This document shows, piece by piece, positions 17,085 through 29,600 of a stretch of 50,437 nucleotides of DNA. The position numbers and the translations under genes are program-made. Location: positions 1 through 50,437 of the IMG/VR virus record IMGVR_UViG_3300012953_000045, one strand, 5' to 3'. The notes beneath the pieces were generated by a model, which saw only the letters and a program-made list of their open reading frames with translations, did not search any database and was not told the DNA's origin. The stretch's first letter is position 1. Every line of letters starts with the position of its first letter. This DNA is from a virus. Lineage: Duplodnaviria; Caudoviricetes.

Positions 17085-20000
17085 TGGCACAAGGCGCACG
17101 ACAGGCTAGTTTATTTGCCGCTGAAGATTTTACAGTAGCATATGAAAGTTTTGCACAAGCAAACTTAAAAGCCTATGATTTTGAAACTATACGATCTGCA
17201 ATGGTAGATTATATTAGTACAAACTATCCAGAAAATTTTAACGATTATATTAATTCAAGTGAATTTATTGCACTCATTGAATTGATTGCTTTCCTAGGAC
17301 ATAACCTAGCATTTAGAGCCGATCTTGGACAAAGAGAAAATTATCTTAGTACAGCAGAACGCAGAGAAAGCGCCTTGCGTATTGCTCAATTCTTAGGATA
17401 TACTCCAACAAGAAATGTTGTTGCTAAAGGTTATATGAAAATTGACAGTGTTCAAACTGATGAAAATATATTTGATGCCAACGGAAATAGTTTAGCAAAT
17501 ATTGTTACTCAATTTGAAGATGTAACAAACCCTGCTAGTTATCAGAACTTTTTAACAATTATGAATTCAATTTTTCAAAGCAGTAGTCAATTTGGTGCTC
17601 CGTTTAGTAGTACTACTATTAGTGGAATATCCAATGAAGTATACAGAACAAATAGTACTAACAACACTATTCAAAGAGAGTTCTCAAATAAAATCAACAA
17701 TGCAAATTCAACATTTAGTTTTCATAGTGTTAGTATAGATAGTTCAACAAATTTAATTAAAGAGAAAACTCCAGATCCGTATGGTGTATTAGATTTATTA
17801 TATAAAAATGATAACAGTGGATTTGGGTCACCTGACACAGGATTTTTTATAGGATTCAAACAAGGCACACTTAATTTCCAAGACTTTTCCATTGACAATG
17901 GTTTACCTAATCTTGTTATTGATATTAATGCAGACAATGTAGCCAACGGAGAAGTATGGATACAGACCATTGATGAGATTGGCTCTATTCAAAAAAACTG
18001 GACTAGAGTTGATAGATTGTTTGGTGCTAATACAATGTTTAACGCAAAACAGAATTCAATCAGAGACATCTACAGTATCACAAGTAGAGAAAACGACCAA
18101 ATTAGTATTTTATTCTCAGATGGAAATTTTGGTAATATTCCACGTGGAATAATCAGAGTCTATTATAGAACAGGACTTAACAGAACATATACACTAACAC
18201 CAGACAGTTTTAGAAAAGTAAGTTTTAGCACAGACTATGTAAGTGCAAATGGTAATGTACAAAAAGCTACGTTTGTAGCAAGTTTAAAATCTATTGTTAA
18301 TAATGCAAGTGAAAGAGAAAGTGTAGCGAGTATCAAAGCAAACGCTCCTAGATTTTTTACTACACAGGACAGAATGGTTACAGCAGATGATTATGCAATA
18401 ACACCGTTAACTGCTAGCGAAAATATTAGAAAAATTAAAAGTGTAAACAGAGTGCATAGTGGTCATAGCAGATTCAGAGACATATATGATCCAACTGCAA
18501 CTTATAGTGATGCAAAGCAGTATGCTGATGACATATACCTTTATGAAAATGGCACAGTGAAAAGAAATGTTATAAGTTTGCCAAGTGCCTTGACAGGAAC
18601 ACAAATATATGACAAGTACATTAAACCAATGTTAAGTGATCCTGAAGTTTTTAATTTTTATTATAATAGGCAAGGGTATAGTAGTGCAACACATGATGCC
18701 AAATATGATTTCAATGATACAACCACTGGCATTACATTTCTAAACAATGATGGATCAGAAAGCAATGTTTATAGATGGAATCAAATTACAAAAGGTAGTA
18801 ACAGTTGTAGTGGCTTTATTTCACAAAACAGTATTGTGCAAAGAATGGGTCTTACAACTACTAGCAGTTTAAATAAAGCAGATCTTAACGGACTTGTTGA
18901 GTTCATTGATGCGCCATACAAAGACGGTTATATCAGTCAAGCTTCAATAACAAAAGGCGGCAGTGGATATGTCAGTACGCCAACAGTAACAATTACAGGA
19001 AAAGGCACAGGAGCGACAGCAACCTGCACAATAGCAAACGGGCAAGTTACTACAGTAGCAATTACTAATAGTGGTAGCGGATACGATCAAACTACTAATA
19101 TTTCAATTAGTGGAGGCGGCGGTTCAGGTGCTACTGTTAAAGGTACTATTGTTGATGCAAAATCACAATGGGTAAAAGTTGATAGACTGTACAAAGATGG
19201 ACTAGGTGATGATGATAGTTCTGGTACACCTACAGGTATTGATAACACAGGCAAAGGTTCTGTGGTTATTAATGGTGTGGTAGGCAGTGGAGCAAGAATT
19301 AGAAGATTGGTGCCAAGATTAAGTACTGATCTAAATGAAACCACAAGAGCAAATGTTATTACTAAAATAGACAACAAAAATACATTCGCACTAAGATATA
19401 ATCCTAGCAGTCAATCATGGATTATTATTGATAGTGCTAATCTTCCATTGAATAGTGAAGCACTCAATAGTGTAGCTAACTGGAATTTAGAACATGCAGG
19501 AGATGGAAGTAGTACTGGTATTGATAACAGTTGGGTAATAAGATTAAATCATGGAGCCAACCAATGGGAAATGCTTACAAGAAAAACACAATTTGTTGTA
19601 GGAAGTCCAAATCAACTAAAATTTACAAATCTTAATTTTGCAGAAACTTTTAGTAGTGAAACTTCAAAGCCTCTGAGGGATAATGTAAAAATTCTAAGTA
19701 TTAATCCTACAAGTGAGTCAGATCCTAATCCACTAGGAGTAGATTATCAGTTCAATGCATATGGATATTTTACATATGCTGACGGATACACTGATCCTCA
19801 CAATCTTAGAGTAACTCTAGCTGATCCCGACAATGATGGTTATCCAAATATTCCTGATGCCTTTTCAAGGATTGTAGGAACTTCTACAATAAATCTAGGA
19901 ACTAAAACAGTTGATGGTTTTGATTACACTGTACAGGATGAAACAAATGGCACTACAGTAGTATCAGGAGTTGGCAGTTTGCACACACAATACAACAGAA

Positions 20001-20659
20001 TTGCAGATATTAATAATGTGATTGATCCAAGTACAACAAATATAATTGATACATATGTATTGCTGTCAAGCTACAATACTAGATTTAGAAATTGGGCACT
20101 ATTTGATAATAGAATAGAAACACGACCTAATGCTCCAACAATTAGTGAACTAACTGATATGTTTACAAGTTTAGAAACTAAAAAATCTATAAGTGACCAA
20201 GTTATATACAGACCAGTAAAATACAAAATACTTTTTGGAGATTTAGCAAGTGGAGAACTACAAGCCAAATTCAACGTAACAAAAACATCAAACACTACAC
20301 TTAGTGATACAGAGATTAAACAGAGAGTTATAAATTTAATTGATACATACTTTAATATTGATAACTGGGACTTTGGTGAAGATTTTTACTTTACTGAAAT
20401 GGCGGCATTCATACACAACAACATGATTGGTGAGATAAGCCAGATTACGATTAGCAGTGTTGCTAATACATCAGATAGTACATCATTGTTTCAAATTGGT
20501 AGTGATAGTGATGAATTGTTTCTGCCAATAGTAAAATCAAATAATATTAGTGTTACAGGAACTACAATAGGTAATTTAACTACAATAGGCGAAAACACTG
20601 GTGGTAATACTACTACAATAACAAGTGTAAGTAGTAGTGGTTCTAGTGGAGGATACTAA
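17084..20659 (+). CDS. gp6: Baseplate wedge subunit (gp6-like)
   Basis: YDFETIR, ENYLSTAERRES..R.A..LGY.P, FSDGNFG.IP, ESVASIKANAP..FTTQDRMVTADDY; also an inserted GSGY-repeat domain. Confidence 0.85.
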   Translation: MAQGARQASLFAAEDFTVAYESFAQANLKAYDFETIRSAMVDYISTNYPENFNDYINSSEFIALIELIAFLGHNLAFRADLGQRENYLSTAERRESALRIAQFLGYTPTRNVVAKGYMKIDSVQTDENIFDANGNSLANIVTQFEDVTNPASYQNFLTIMNSIFQSSSQFGAPFSSTTISGISNEVYRTNSTNNTIQREFSNKINNANSTFSFHSVSIDSSTNLIKEKTPDPYGVLDLLYKNDNSGFGSPDTGFFIGFKQGTLNFQDFSIDNGLPNLVIDINADNVANGEVWIQTIDEIGSIQKNWTRVDRLFGANTMFNAKQNSIRDIYSITSRENDQISILFSDGNFGNIPRGIIRVYYRTGLNRTYTLTPDSFRKVSFSTDYVSANGNVQKATFVASLKSIVNNASERESVASIKANAPRFFTTQDRMVTADDYAITPLTASENIRKIKSVNRVHSGHSRFRDIYDPTATYSDAKQYADDIYLYENGTVKRNVISLPSALTGTQIYDKYIKPMLSDPEVFNFYYNRQGYSSATHDAKYDFNDTTTGITFLNNDGSESNVYRWNQITKGSNSCSGFISQNSIVQRMGLTTTSSLNKADLNGLVEFIDAPYKDGYISQASITKGGSGYVSTPTVTITGKGTGATATCTIANGQVTTVAITNSGSGYDQTTNISISGGGGSGATVKGTIVDAKSQWVKVDRLYKDGLGDDDSSGTPTGIDNTGKGSVVINGVVGSGARIRRLVPRLSTDLNETTRANVITKIDNKNTFALRYNPSSQSWIIIDSANLPLNSEALNSVANWNLEHAGDGSSTGIDNSWVIRLNHGANQWEMLTRKTQFVVGSPNQLKFTNLNFAETFSSETSKPLRDNVKILSINPTSESDPNPLGVDYQFNAYGYFTYADGYTDPHNLRVTLADPDNDGYPNIPDAFSRIVGTSTINLGTKTVDGFDYTVQDETNGTTVVSGVGSLHTQYNRIADINNVIDPSTTNIIDTYVLLSSYNTRFRNWALFDNRIETRPNAPTISELTDMFTSLETKKSISDQVIYRPVKYKILFGDLASGELQAKFNVTKTSNTTLSDTEIKQRVINLIDTYFNIDNWDFGEDFYFTEMAAFIHNNMIGEISQITISSVANTSDSTSLFQIGSDSDELFLPIVKSNNISVTGTTIGNLTTIGENTGGNTTTITSVSSSGSSGGY

Positions 20660-23600
20660 TGGCTGAAGAACGTAATCCAACTCCAATTAAAGTAAGCAAA
20701 AATACCGTTCCTGGTGCAAGTTTAAAAAAGACAGGCAGTAGACGTGTAACAGAAATGTTACCTGACATTTTACAAACCACAGTCAATAAACAGTTCTTAG
20801 ATAGCACATTTGAGCAGTTGATGTCAACTGGTAGTTTAGAACCTGTAAAACATTATGTCGGAAAGAGTATTGGAGACGGAACATTTAATCCAAAAGTAAA
20901 TGACAATTATCTATTAGACAGTAGAAGTAATGATGCTTATCAGTTTGCTCCTGCAATGATTAACAAAAACGAAGATGGTACTGTTGATCAAGCACTAGCA
21001 TATGACGATTTAATACGAAGCCTGAAGTACAACGAAGTTGACACAAACAATCATAATAAAATTTTAAATGAGCCAGGTTATACACTGGACCTGCCAATTA
21101 ACTATGATATGTTTATTAATCATCATAGATATTATTGGGTATTAGATGTATTGCCGCCCAATGAATTAAGATATTTACAAGCTGATCTGCTTGATATAGA
21201 TACAATTATTGGAGAGACTACATATACTACTCCTTCAAATGTAAATGGCAGAACACTAAAATTTGAAAACGGCATGAGAATTAAATTTGCTCCTAACACA
21301 GTTAATAGACGTTCTCAAACAGTAGCAGGTAACAAAGTGTTCACTGCTTCTATAACAGGCGCGGCAAGTATTAAGGTTTTCGTAAACAATTTAGAAGTAT
21401 TTTTAACTACAGATTACACAGTCAACAAAGCTACAGGTGTTGTGACATTTGTAAATGCACCTGCTCTGACTAGCGAAATTGAAATACATTCTTATTATAC
21501 TCATAGTTTGACCGATGAATATAAAAATGATGCAATCTACATTGTAGATGGGGTTGGTGAGCCAGGTGGTATACAGTTAACACAACATTTTGACGCAGGA
21601 CAATATGATGGACAGCAAGGTAAACGCACATGGTTAAATGTAACAGTTTACAATAACCAAGAACCTGCAGGTTTTGATTCTGACCAATTTAGTTTTGATG
21701 CAAGACCTTTTGATCTCAGAGAGCATAGAATGACTACTAGAGATTATACTTGTGAACAAAGACATAGTATAGATCAAAGTGCTTGGAGCCGTAGTAATCT
21801 TTGGGTACATGAACAAACTATTGCTAGCAGTATAATATATCAAGGCATTACAAATGACATTTATACATTGGATAGATATAGAGCCGTTAGACCAATCATT
21901 GAATACAAAAAGAATATCGAAAAGCATAGATTCGGAACACGTCATATAGCGAACGTAGATCATTATTTAGAATCATTTGATGATCCAGTTAATACTATAA
22001 TAGGAAAGACAGAATACAGTGTCATCACAAGTGGTATTACAGATGACTGGACATTTAAAGGATACCAAAGAGGTAACCGTGTAAGAGTAAGTGAAGGTGT
22101 ATCTCCAAACTTTGTGGTAACATTTTGGGAATGTCAAGAAGCACATGCAGAACCATTAAAACCAACGCATGGAGAGAATAGAAAATATTGGGAGCAGATT
22201 GTTCCAGTTGAAGTTGAAAATGGCGATTTAATTATTTTCTTTGGTTCATCTAATGCAACATACAAAAACAAAATATGGAAAATAGGCGGAGTTGGAACTA
22301 GTATTACACTGACACAAACATATAACTTTGATGGTACTCATGGTGCAACACAACTTGTCAATGGTGATAAAATTTTACTACTCAACGGATTTAACACATT
22401 TGAGTTTGGCACCTTAGGAGGATTTGGACAAGGTGAGAGAGATGCTCCTAAGAGTGGTGCTGAACTTCATGTAGATAGTACAACACTAACAGGTTGGAAA
22501 TACAGTAGACAAAAAGAACATAGAAGTCAAGGTATGCCTGTTGAGCTTTATGATGTGAATCTTGTAAAGCTAGATGCTGTAGCAACTTATCCAGACAATG
22601 ACTTTGCAGGTGCAACAATTTTTGATTTTGTACACAGTGAAACAAATGATTATGATGATGCATTAGGGTTTAATCCTGAGTATGTTGATTACGGAAATAA
22701 TCCAGGACTTAATTTTTGCATGGAGTTTTTAAAGAAAAAATTTACCTATGTACAACAAAGCAGTGATTTTACAAAGAGTAATCAATTAGAAATACCAGGT
22801 TATTACTACTACAAATATATTGATTCTCAACTATATCACAATGGTTGGTCTAATATAAGAGGTGGACAACCTGTGATGAAAAAGATTAGAAAAGTTGTAA
22901 CTGATACAGGAAATCCTCTTAAAGTAGATTTAGGTCATGCAAGTTTTGTAGGTGATAGATGTTACAACATTTTTAAAGAGTTTGATCATTTAGCAATGAC
23001 CAGTCAGCCAACTGTTGATTGTTCTGTTGGTAGAATCAATAGAGTAGGAGGAAAGTTGCCTGCATTATTTTTCCACAACAACAATACATATACTATCCGT
23101 ACACAATTTCCACAAGCTGAAATAGAATTTGTAGACATGGACGGATCACCAATTGGTACTGGTATTACTAGAACAGCAGGAAGTTTGAATACTTTTACTC
23201 TTCAAATAGGAACGCCTACAGTTAACAGTATAAAATATAGACTTGTCTCAAATCCTGCTAACTTTGGAGTTATATTTTTTAACGCAAATGTCAATGAAAC
23301 AAATGTAAAAGTAAGGAAAAATGGAAAAGCATTTAGTACATTTTCTCACACCGGTAATATACTTTCTATTAACAGCGGATTGATAAAGGACGATGTTTAC
23401 GAATTTGAATTTTATACTTACAACGACTACAGCGAAACTGGTGAAGGACAATTTGAAGTTGCAAAAACACAGACACTCAATCCACAAAATTCAGAGCTTG
23501 CTGATGTAAGCTATGGTGATTTAATACAGCATTTTAAATCTCAAATGACAAGCAATCCTTTGTTTACTGGTGATTGGTATGGTACAAACAACTATAGAAA

Positions 23601-26600
23601 TATTGTACATGCAACTGATATTGGCGGAACAATTAGACAGCAACCGTATAGTACAGAATTGTTGAATCAACTGCTATCAGATATTAATACCAATCCTTAT
23701 AGTGCTTTACAATTTACTAGTGCTAATTACAGTTTGTTTAAAGAAAAGTTTAAAAAGAAACTTGTACAACTGCATGAAAGTTTGGATCAAACATTACCTA
23801 CTTATACTTTGGTTGATAAAACACTAGAAGCATTGAATATAGGACAGAATAAAGATAATGTATTTGCTAACAGTCAGATGGCAATGTACAGAGATTATAG
23901 AAGCGTAGATTTAAGTTGGGTAACTGGACAAACACCAACATTTAATTTACCAAGGCCATCTAACAAATATGATGATACAACCAATCACATACAGGTATTT
24001 GTGCAAGTTCCAGACTCAGCAGGTAATCATACGTGGAGACAGTTGCAAAAAGATTGGGAGTTTTCAACAGATGAATATTCAGTTACAGTTACTTTAGCTG
24101 GTATTACATTTCCTAGTACTGGTAAAAACAATATACATATTAGATGGTATGAAAGAGGAAGTGTAAGTTTTGTTCCTCCTAGTATTGCAAAACTAGGTGT
24201 ACTTAAACCTTTTGTACCTGAATTAAGAGATGATTACAGCAAGGACAGTACAGGAACAGCAACTGATAGTGTTCTAATTGGACATGATGGAAGTATACAT
24301 GTACGCAATGGAACAGAAGTTTTTAATAGGCAGTCGCCGGGCTATGATCCAGTTGACGCAGGACTTTGGGATCTGGAACTGAGAATATATAACAACTTAG
24401 GAAAAGACTTAGACGGTACAATTAATTCAACAGCATATTCCCCTAATGCTCATAGACCGTCTGTACACAGTTGGACAGAACTTAATAATACTATTAGAGG
24501 TGAGTTTAACAAATACAAAAACTCTAATAGTGTAACGACACTTAACAGCTCGACTTATTATGATGGAAGTGATAAATTTACATGGAACTATAGCAGTGTT
24601 AGTCCTAATATCGGCGGCTGGAGAGGGATATACCATTATTATTTCAAAACAGATAGACCTCATACACACCCTTGGGAAATGCTAGGACACAACAAAAGAC
24701 CAAGTTGGTGGGATACAAATTACAATTGGACAGATGCATCAAAACGTTCTGCATTGAAACTAGCACTTGAATTTGGACAAATTAGTGATCCTGCATTGGG
24801 TACTAATAAACAAATTTATGATATAAACTACAGCAACAGAAACTATGACTGGCAAAATAAAACATTAGTAACTACTGCTGGTGTTCTAAATGATCCAGTT
24901 ACAGCGGGTGTTGTTACTTCGCCAAGTCTTGCTGATAGACAAAAAGACTTTGTATTTGGAGATTGGGGTCCTGTAGAAGCTGAATGGCGCAGAAGTAGTG
25001 AAGGTAAAATTGCAACTTCACTTGCTTTCTTACGCACAAGACCTTTGATTGCGTTAAACAACTATTTTAGAACTGCAAGAAGAACAATCAAAAATCTGTC
25101 AGGATACAATGGACCACAAGAATTAGACACAGATGCAGGAAAATTAAAAAGTTGGAAAAACACAGTAATCAGCGGAAGTAGTATTACAGGAAAAATTATT
25201 GAAAGTGTTAATATTATTAATGCTGGTAATGGGTATACAAGTGCTCCAGCAATAACAATAAATGATAACTTTGGCGTTGATGGTACTATAGAAGTAAAAA
25301 TAAGTAACGGAGCTGTAGTCGGAGCTAGGGTTACCAACCAAGGTTCTAAATACTATAACAGACCATTATTAAGTGTAGCAAGTGGTACAGCAGTTTTTGA
25401 CCCTATATTAGCTGAGAATGCGTTACACTATTACAACGGATTAAGCAATGCTATCATTGAATACAGCAACTTGTATGGTACAAGTGCTGATATACTTAGA
25501 ACAAGATTAGAGAATATTAGTTTCCAAGGTGTAATTAAAGCAGGTGGCTTTGTTAATAAAAATAATCAGTTTATACTTGAAAGCAGTCAAGACAAAGGTA
25601 AAGTGTTTGTACCAGAAGAAAATATTTCTACAGTGACTTATACTAGTAAGCCAGATGTAGAATATTTTTACGGAGGAGTAAGAGTTACAAAAACAACAGG
25701 CGGATACACTGTAAATGGTTTTGATAACAGTCTTGCATATTTTAAATACAACAAGCCCAATACTGCAACTGGAGGCATAACAACAAAATTCACAGGTACT
25801 TCAGATATTAATGTTTTGAGATATACTGTCTTTGAACCTACAACAAGTCAACTGGATTACAATACAGAATTAACAACCATACAAGAAGTATATGACTTTA
25901 TTAATGGTTACGGACACTACTTAAACAGTTTAGGATTTACTCAACAGTGGAGAACTGCCGCGGCAAACTTTGTTACATGGGCAATAGGTTCAAGTACAAT
26001 ACCACTTACTGTTATACCTGATCAAAGTAAAATTATTGTAAAAGATGGAATCGATGGGTACTTTGATAATATTGATAAGAAATATGATGGTGTTTATAAT
26101 ATTGTAAATGAAAATGGAAAACAAATTAGCAGTACAGATTTAATCATTGACAGAAAATCAATGGACCCAGATGCTGAAACTGTATTTCAAGTTAAAGATA
26201 CAGACACACAAATATTTGGTATTAGACTTTACAAAGTACAATTAGAACATGTGTTTATTTTTGATAATCTAACAAACTTTGATGATGTCATACATGATCT
26301 CGCACTTGGACTTAGTCACAACCGTATTATTTGGAGAGGTTCAAGAACCAGAGATTGGAATGGTAAACTTTATAGTCCAGGTTACATAGTTCAATCTGAT
26401 ACTGTAATTCCTAACTATGACACGACTGCTGGAGAAGTTGATCAATACTATGGAAGAACAAACCAATTGAGCAATTCACAACTCAGTGATGTAGCAAGAT
26501 TCAATGCAGGTTATAATAAACCAAACTGGAGTGAAGGTTTAGATATAGATGACGATAGTTTATATGAATTCACTAAAGGTACTTACAAATACAAAGGCAC

Positions 26601-29600
26601 GCACAAAGCACTATCTGCTTTTATGCGTAACCAAGGACTATATGATGGTGAAGCAAGTGCTGATTTGCTAGAACAATGGGCTGTTAGATTAGCAGACTTT
26701 GGTGATACATCAAGCAGAAGAACTTTAGAATTTCAACTTACTCCAGAGCTAATTGTTACCAGCCCACAACCAGTTAGAATAAGCAACGATTATAAATTTG
26801 ATGTACTCAGTGATCTTGTGATTGACATTGATAAAACAAGTCCACTTAAAGTACATGAAAGTACAAATGATAATTTTCAAACAAGACCAGTAAACACATA
26901 CAAAGACTCTAGTGATGAGTTGTTTGCTAAAGACTTTACTACAAGCGGACTTCCTTTGTTAAGTGAAACTGATTATCGAACAGTAAACAAAGAAGATTTT
27001 ACAAAATTTCCTGAACAAGTTAAAGAAGAATACGATCACAGTGGAGATTGGCAAGAAATTACTCAGTGGGATAGCAACAAAAGTTACAAGTTCAATGAAC
27101 AAGTATTGTATAATGGCAGAACTTGGAGCATGTTAGATGCAGATGGAAGCAGTGGGTTTAATCTTGCAAATAATCCAATTAATCTATTAGGAACAAATCA
27201 ATTGCCTGTTATTCCAAGTAGTGGACAAACATTGGTTATAGATGGTAATACTATTACCCTAAGCAAAACTGCTACCAGTTCAACTACAAATACAATCATT
27301 GTTTCAGGAACTGAAAATCTTAGTAGTTCTGTAGTTCCAGATGGTTCAACTCTAATTTTAGGACAAAGCAGTACACTTACAACCACAGTTACATTTACAA
27401 ACAGTCAAACAACTACAACGTTCAATGATATTACAAAAACAGGTACAGTAAGCAATCCAACAATACAAGGTAGCAGTAATGCAACTTTGATTATTGAAGG
27501 CACTACAATTAATTTCAATAATACAAGTACAACAACATCTAATATTACTGCTCAACAGGCTTTTGAAAATACTTTTAATTCTAGCTGGACAACAAACACC
27601 GGCACAATTAGTTCAACAGCTTCAACAAGAATTGCAAGAATAGAAGCTCTACGCTCAGCTTACATAGCCGCTAATTCACAAGCACTTTGGAGTGCATGGA
27701 TCAATACTTACTTTACAAATAATGCTGGTTTAAATATTAACCACTTGCTTACACTGATAAATTTAGGAGGCTCCACACTGCTCGCCGCCAACCAGATGTT
27801 GGATCAAGACTTAATTTTAATCAACAATATTAAACAAACTAATTATGTTGGAACACAAGTTGTAGCAGGAACACAAGTTGTAGCACCAAGTGATATAACT
27901 GATTCTCAAGCCTCACTTAACAATGGAACATTCACAGATGATATTGCAACTTATTTGAAAAGTGCAACTGGACTTTCAACAACATTTGCAACCAATACTG
28001 TGGTCGCAAATCAAAGCAACACAGGTTTTATTACATATTCACTTAGTCAGATAATACAAGAAATTAATAGTGCAAGTATAAGCAATGTTACAGCCAGTGC
28101 AGGTACTAGTAGTCAACTGGTGATAACTAAAACTACAAACACACCAGCTAATACTTTTAGTATGACAATAAGTGTAGGTACAGAGAATAACAGTGTTGGA
28201 TTTAATACAGCTACTGAAACAATCAATAGCACAAGCTCAAGTGTAACCACTACACCTAATCTGTCACAGCAACAAGTTATAGATCAAATCAATAACGCTG
28301 GTATTACAGGAGTTAGTGCTCAGGCTGGTGCTACTAATACTAATATACTACAAATAAATGCAACATTGAGTAATTTATTCATAGGAGCCGGCACAGCTAA
28401 TAGTTCAATAGGATTACCAACAGGTCTTATTCCTGCTACAACTACAACGTCAACAAGTTCTATTGGATTGAATATTACAGATATTATTGAACAAATAAAC
28501 ACAGCAAATATCAGTGGGGTGTCAGCTGAGAACTCAAGCAACAGAGTGAGATTAACAAGCACAAACGCTACTCTTGTTATCGGATCAGGTACAGCAAACA
28601 CTACACTAGGATTTGTAAGTCAAACTCTTAGTGCTACAAAATCAACTACTTCCGCAGTTTTTAATGCATTAGTTGATGCAAACGGAAATCCTGTTTTCTT
28701 AGAAGATGCAAACGATCCAAATATTTTTAGTATTTGGGTTGCAGATGACAGTGAGTTTGGCAACTACAATTTAGGATATCAGGTTTATCAAACAATGGAT
28801 TTTGGCTTGTACACATATGATGTTTGTGGAGGACAAGAAAGTGCAGACGAGGCTGAAATAAAATGTAGTAGACAGACTGGTGATGTACAAGCACATAACT
28901 TATCAGTAGGAGATTACATTCTTATAAGAGGTAGTAATTGTATTCCTAATATCGACGGAATACACAAAGTAACAAGAATTGCCGCTGATAGAACTGATAA
29001 ATTTTTCATTGATGAATTTATTGAAATCAATGGTAACACTGGAAACATTTATCCGTTGAGAAAAATGCGATTCTCTACATTTGTAGAGCTTGAAGCAAAT
29101 AGACAAGTAAGAATTAACAATGTATACAAATATAACTTTGCTGATATAAGACAAACAAATACAAGTACTCCTATTTTAGCTTTTGTAGACGATGATGGAA
29201 CAGGAGCCAGTGCAGTATATAAATGGGTAGGAACATGGAGCGATACAAATGGTCATGTAGGTGAATGGAAAGTTCAAAGAACTGGAAATGTACAAGCTAG
29301 AAATGATCTGCTTGAAAATATTACTCTTTATGATGCACAAAAGCAATCAACTATTACAAAGTTGGAAACATATGATCCAGCAAAAGGTATAATTTTTGGT
29401 TTTGTTGACAATGAAATTGATTATAAACTAACCAATGACATTGCAAATTATAATTACAGTAATATTGATGGAGCATACCAACAAGTTGAAGCCTGGGGAA
29501 GAGAATATTTAGGTGTGCGTTGGTGGAATACAAGCACCGCAGTGTATTTGGATTATGAACAAAGCACAATAGATTATCAGCAAAACAACTGGGGTCGTTT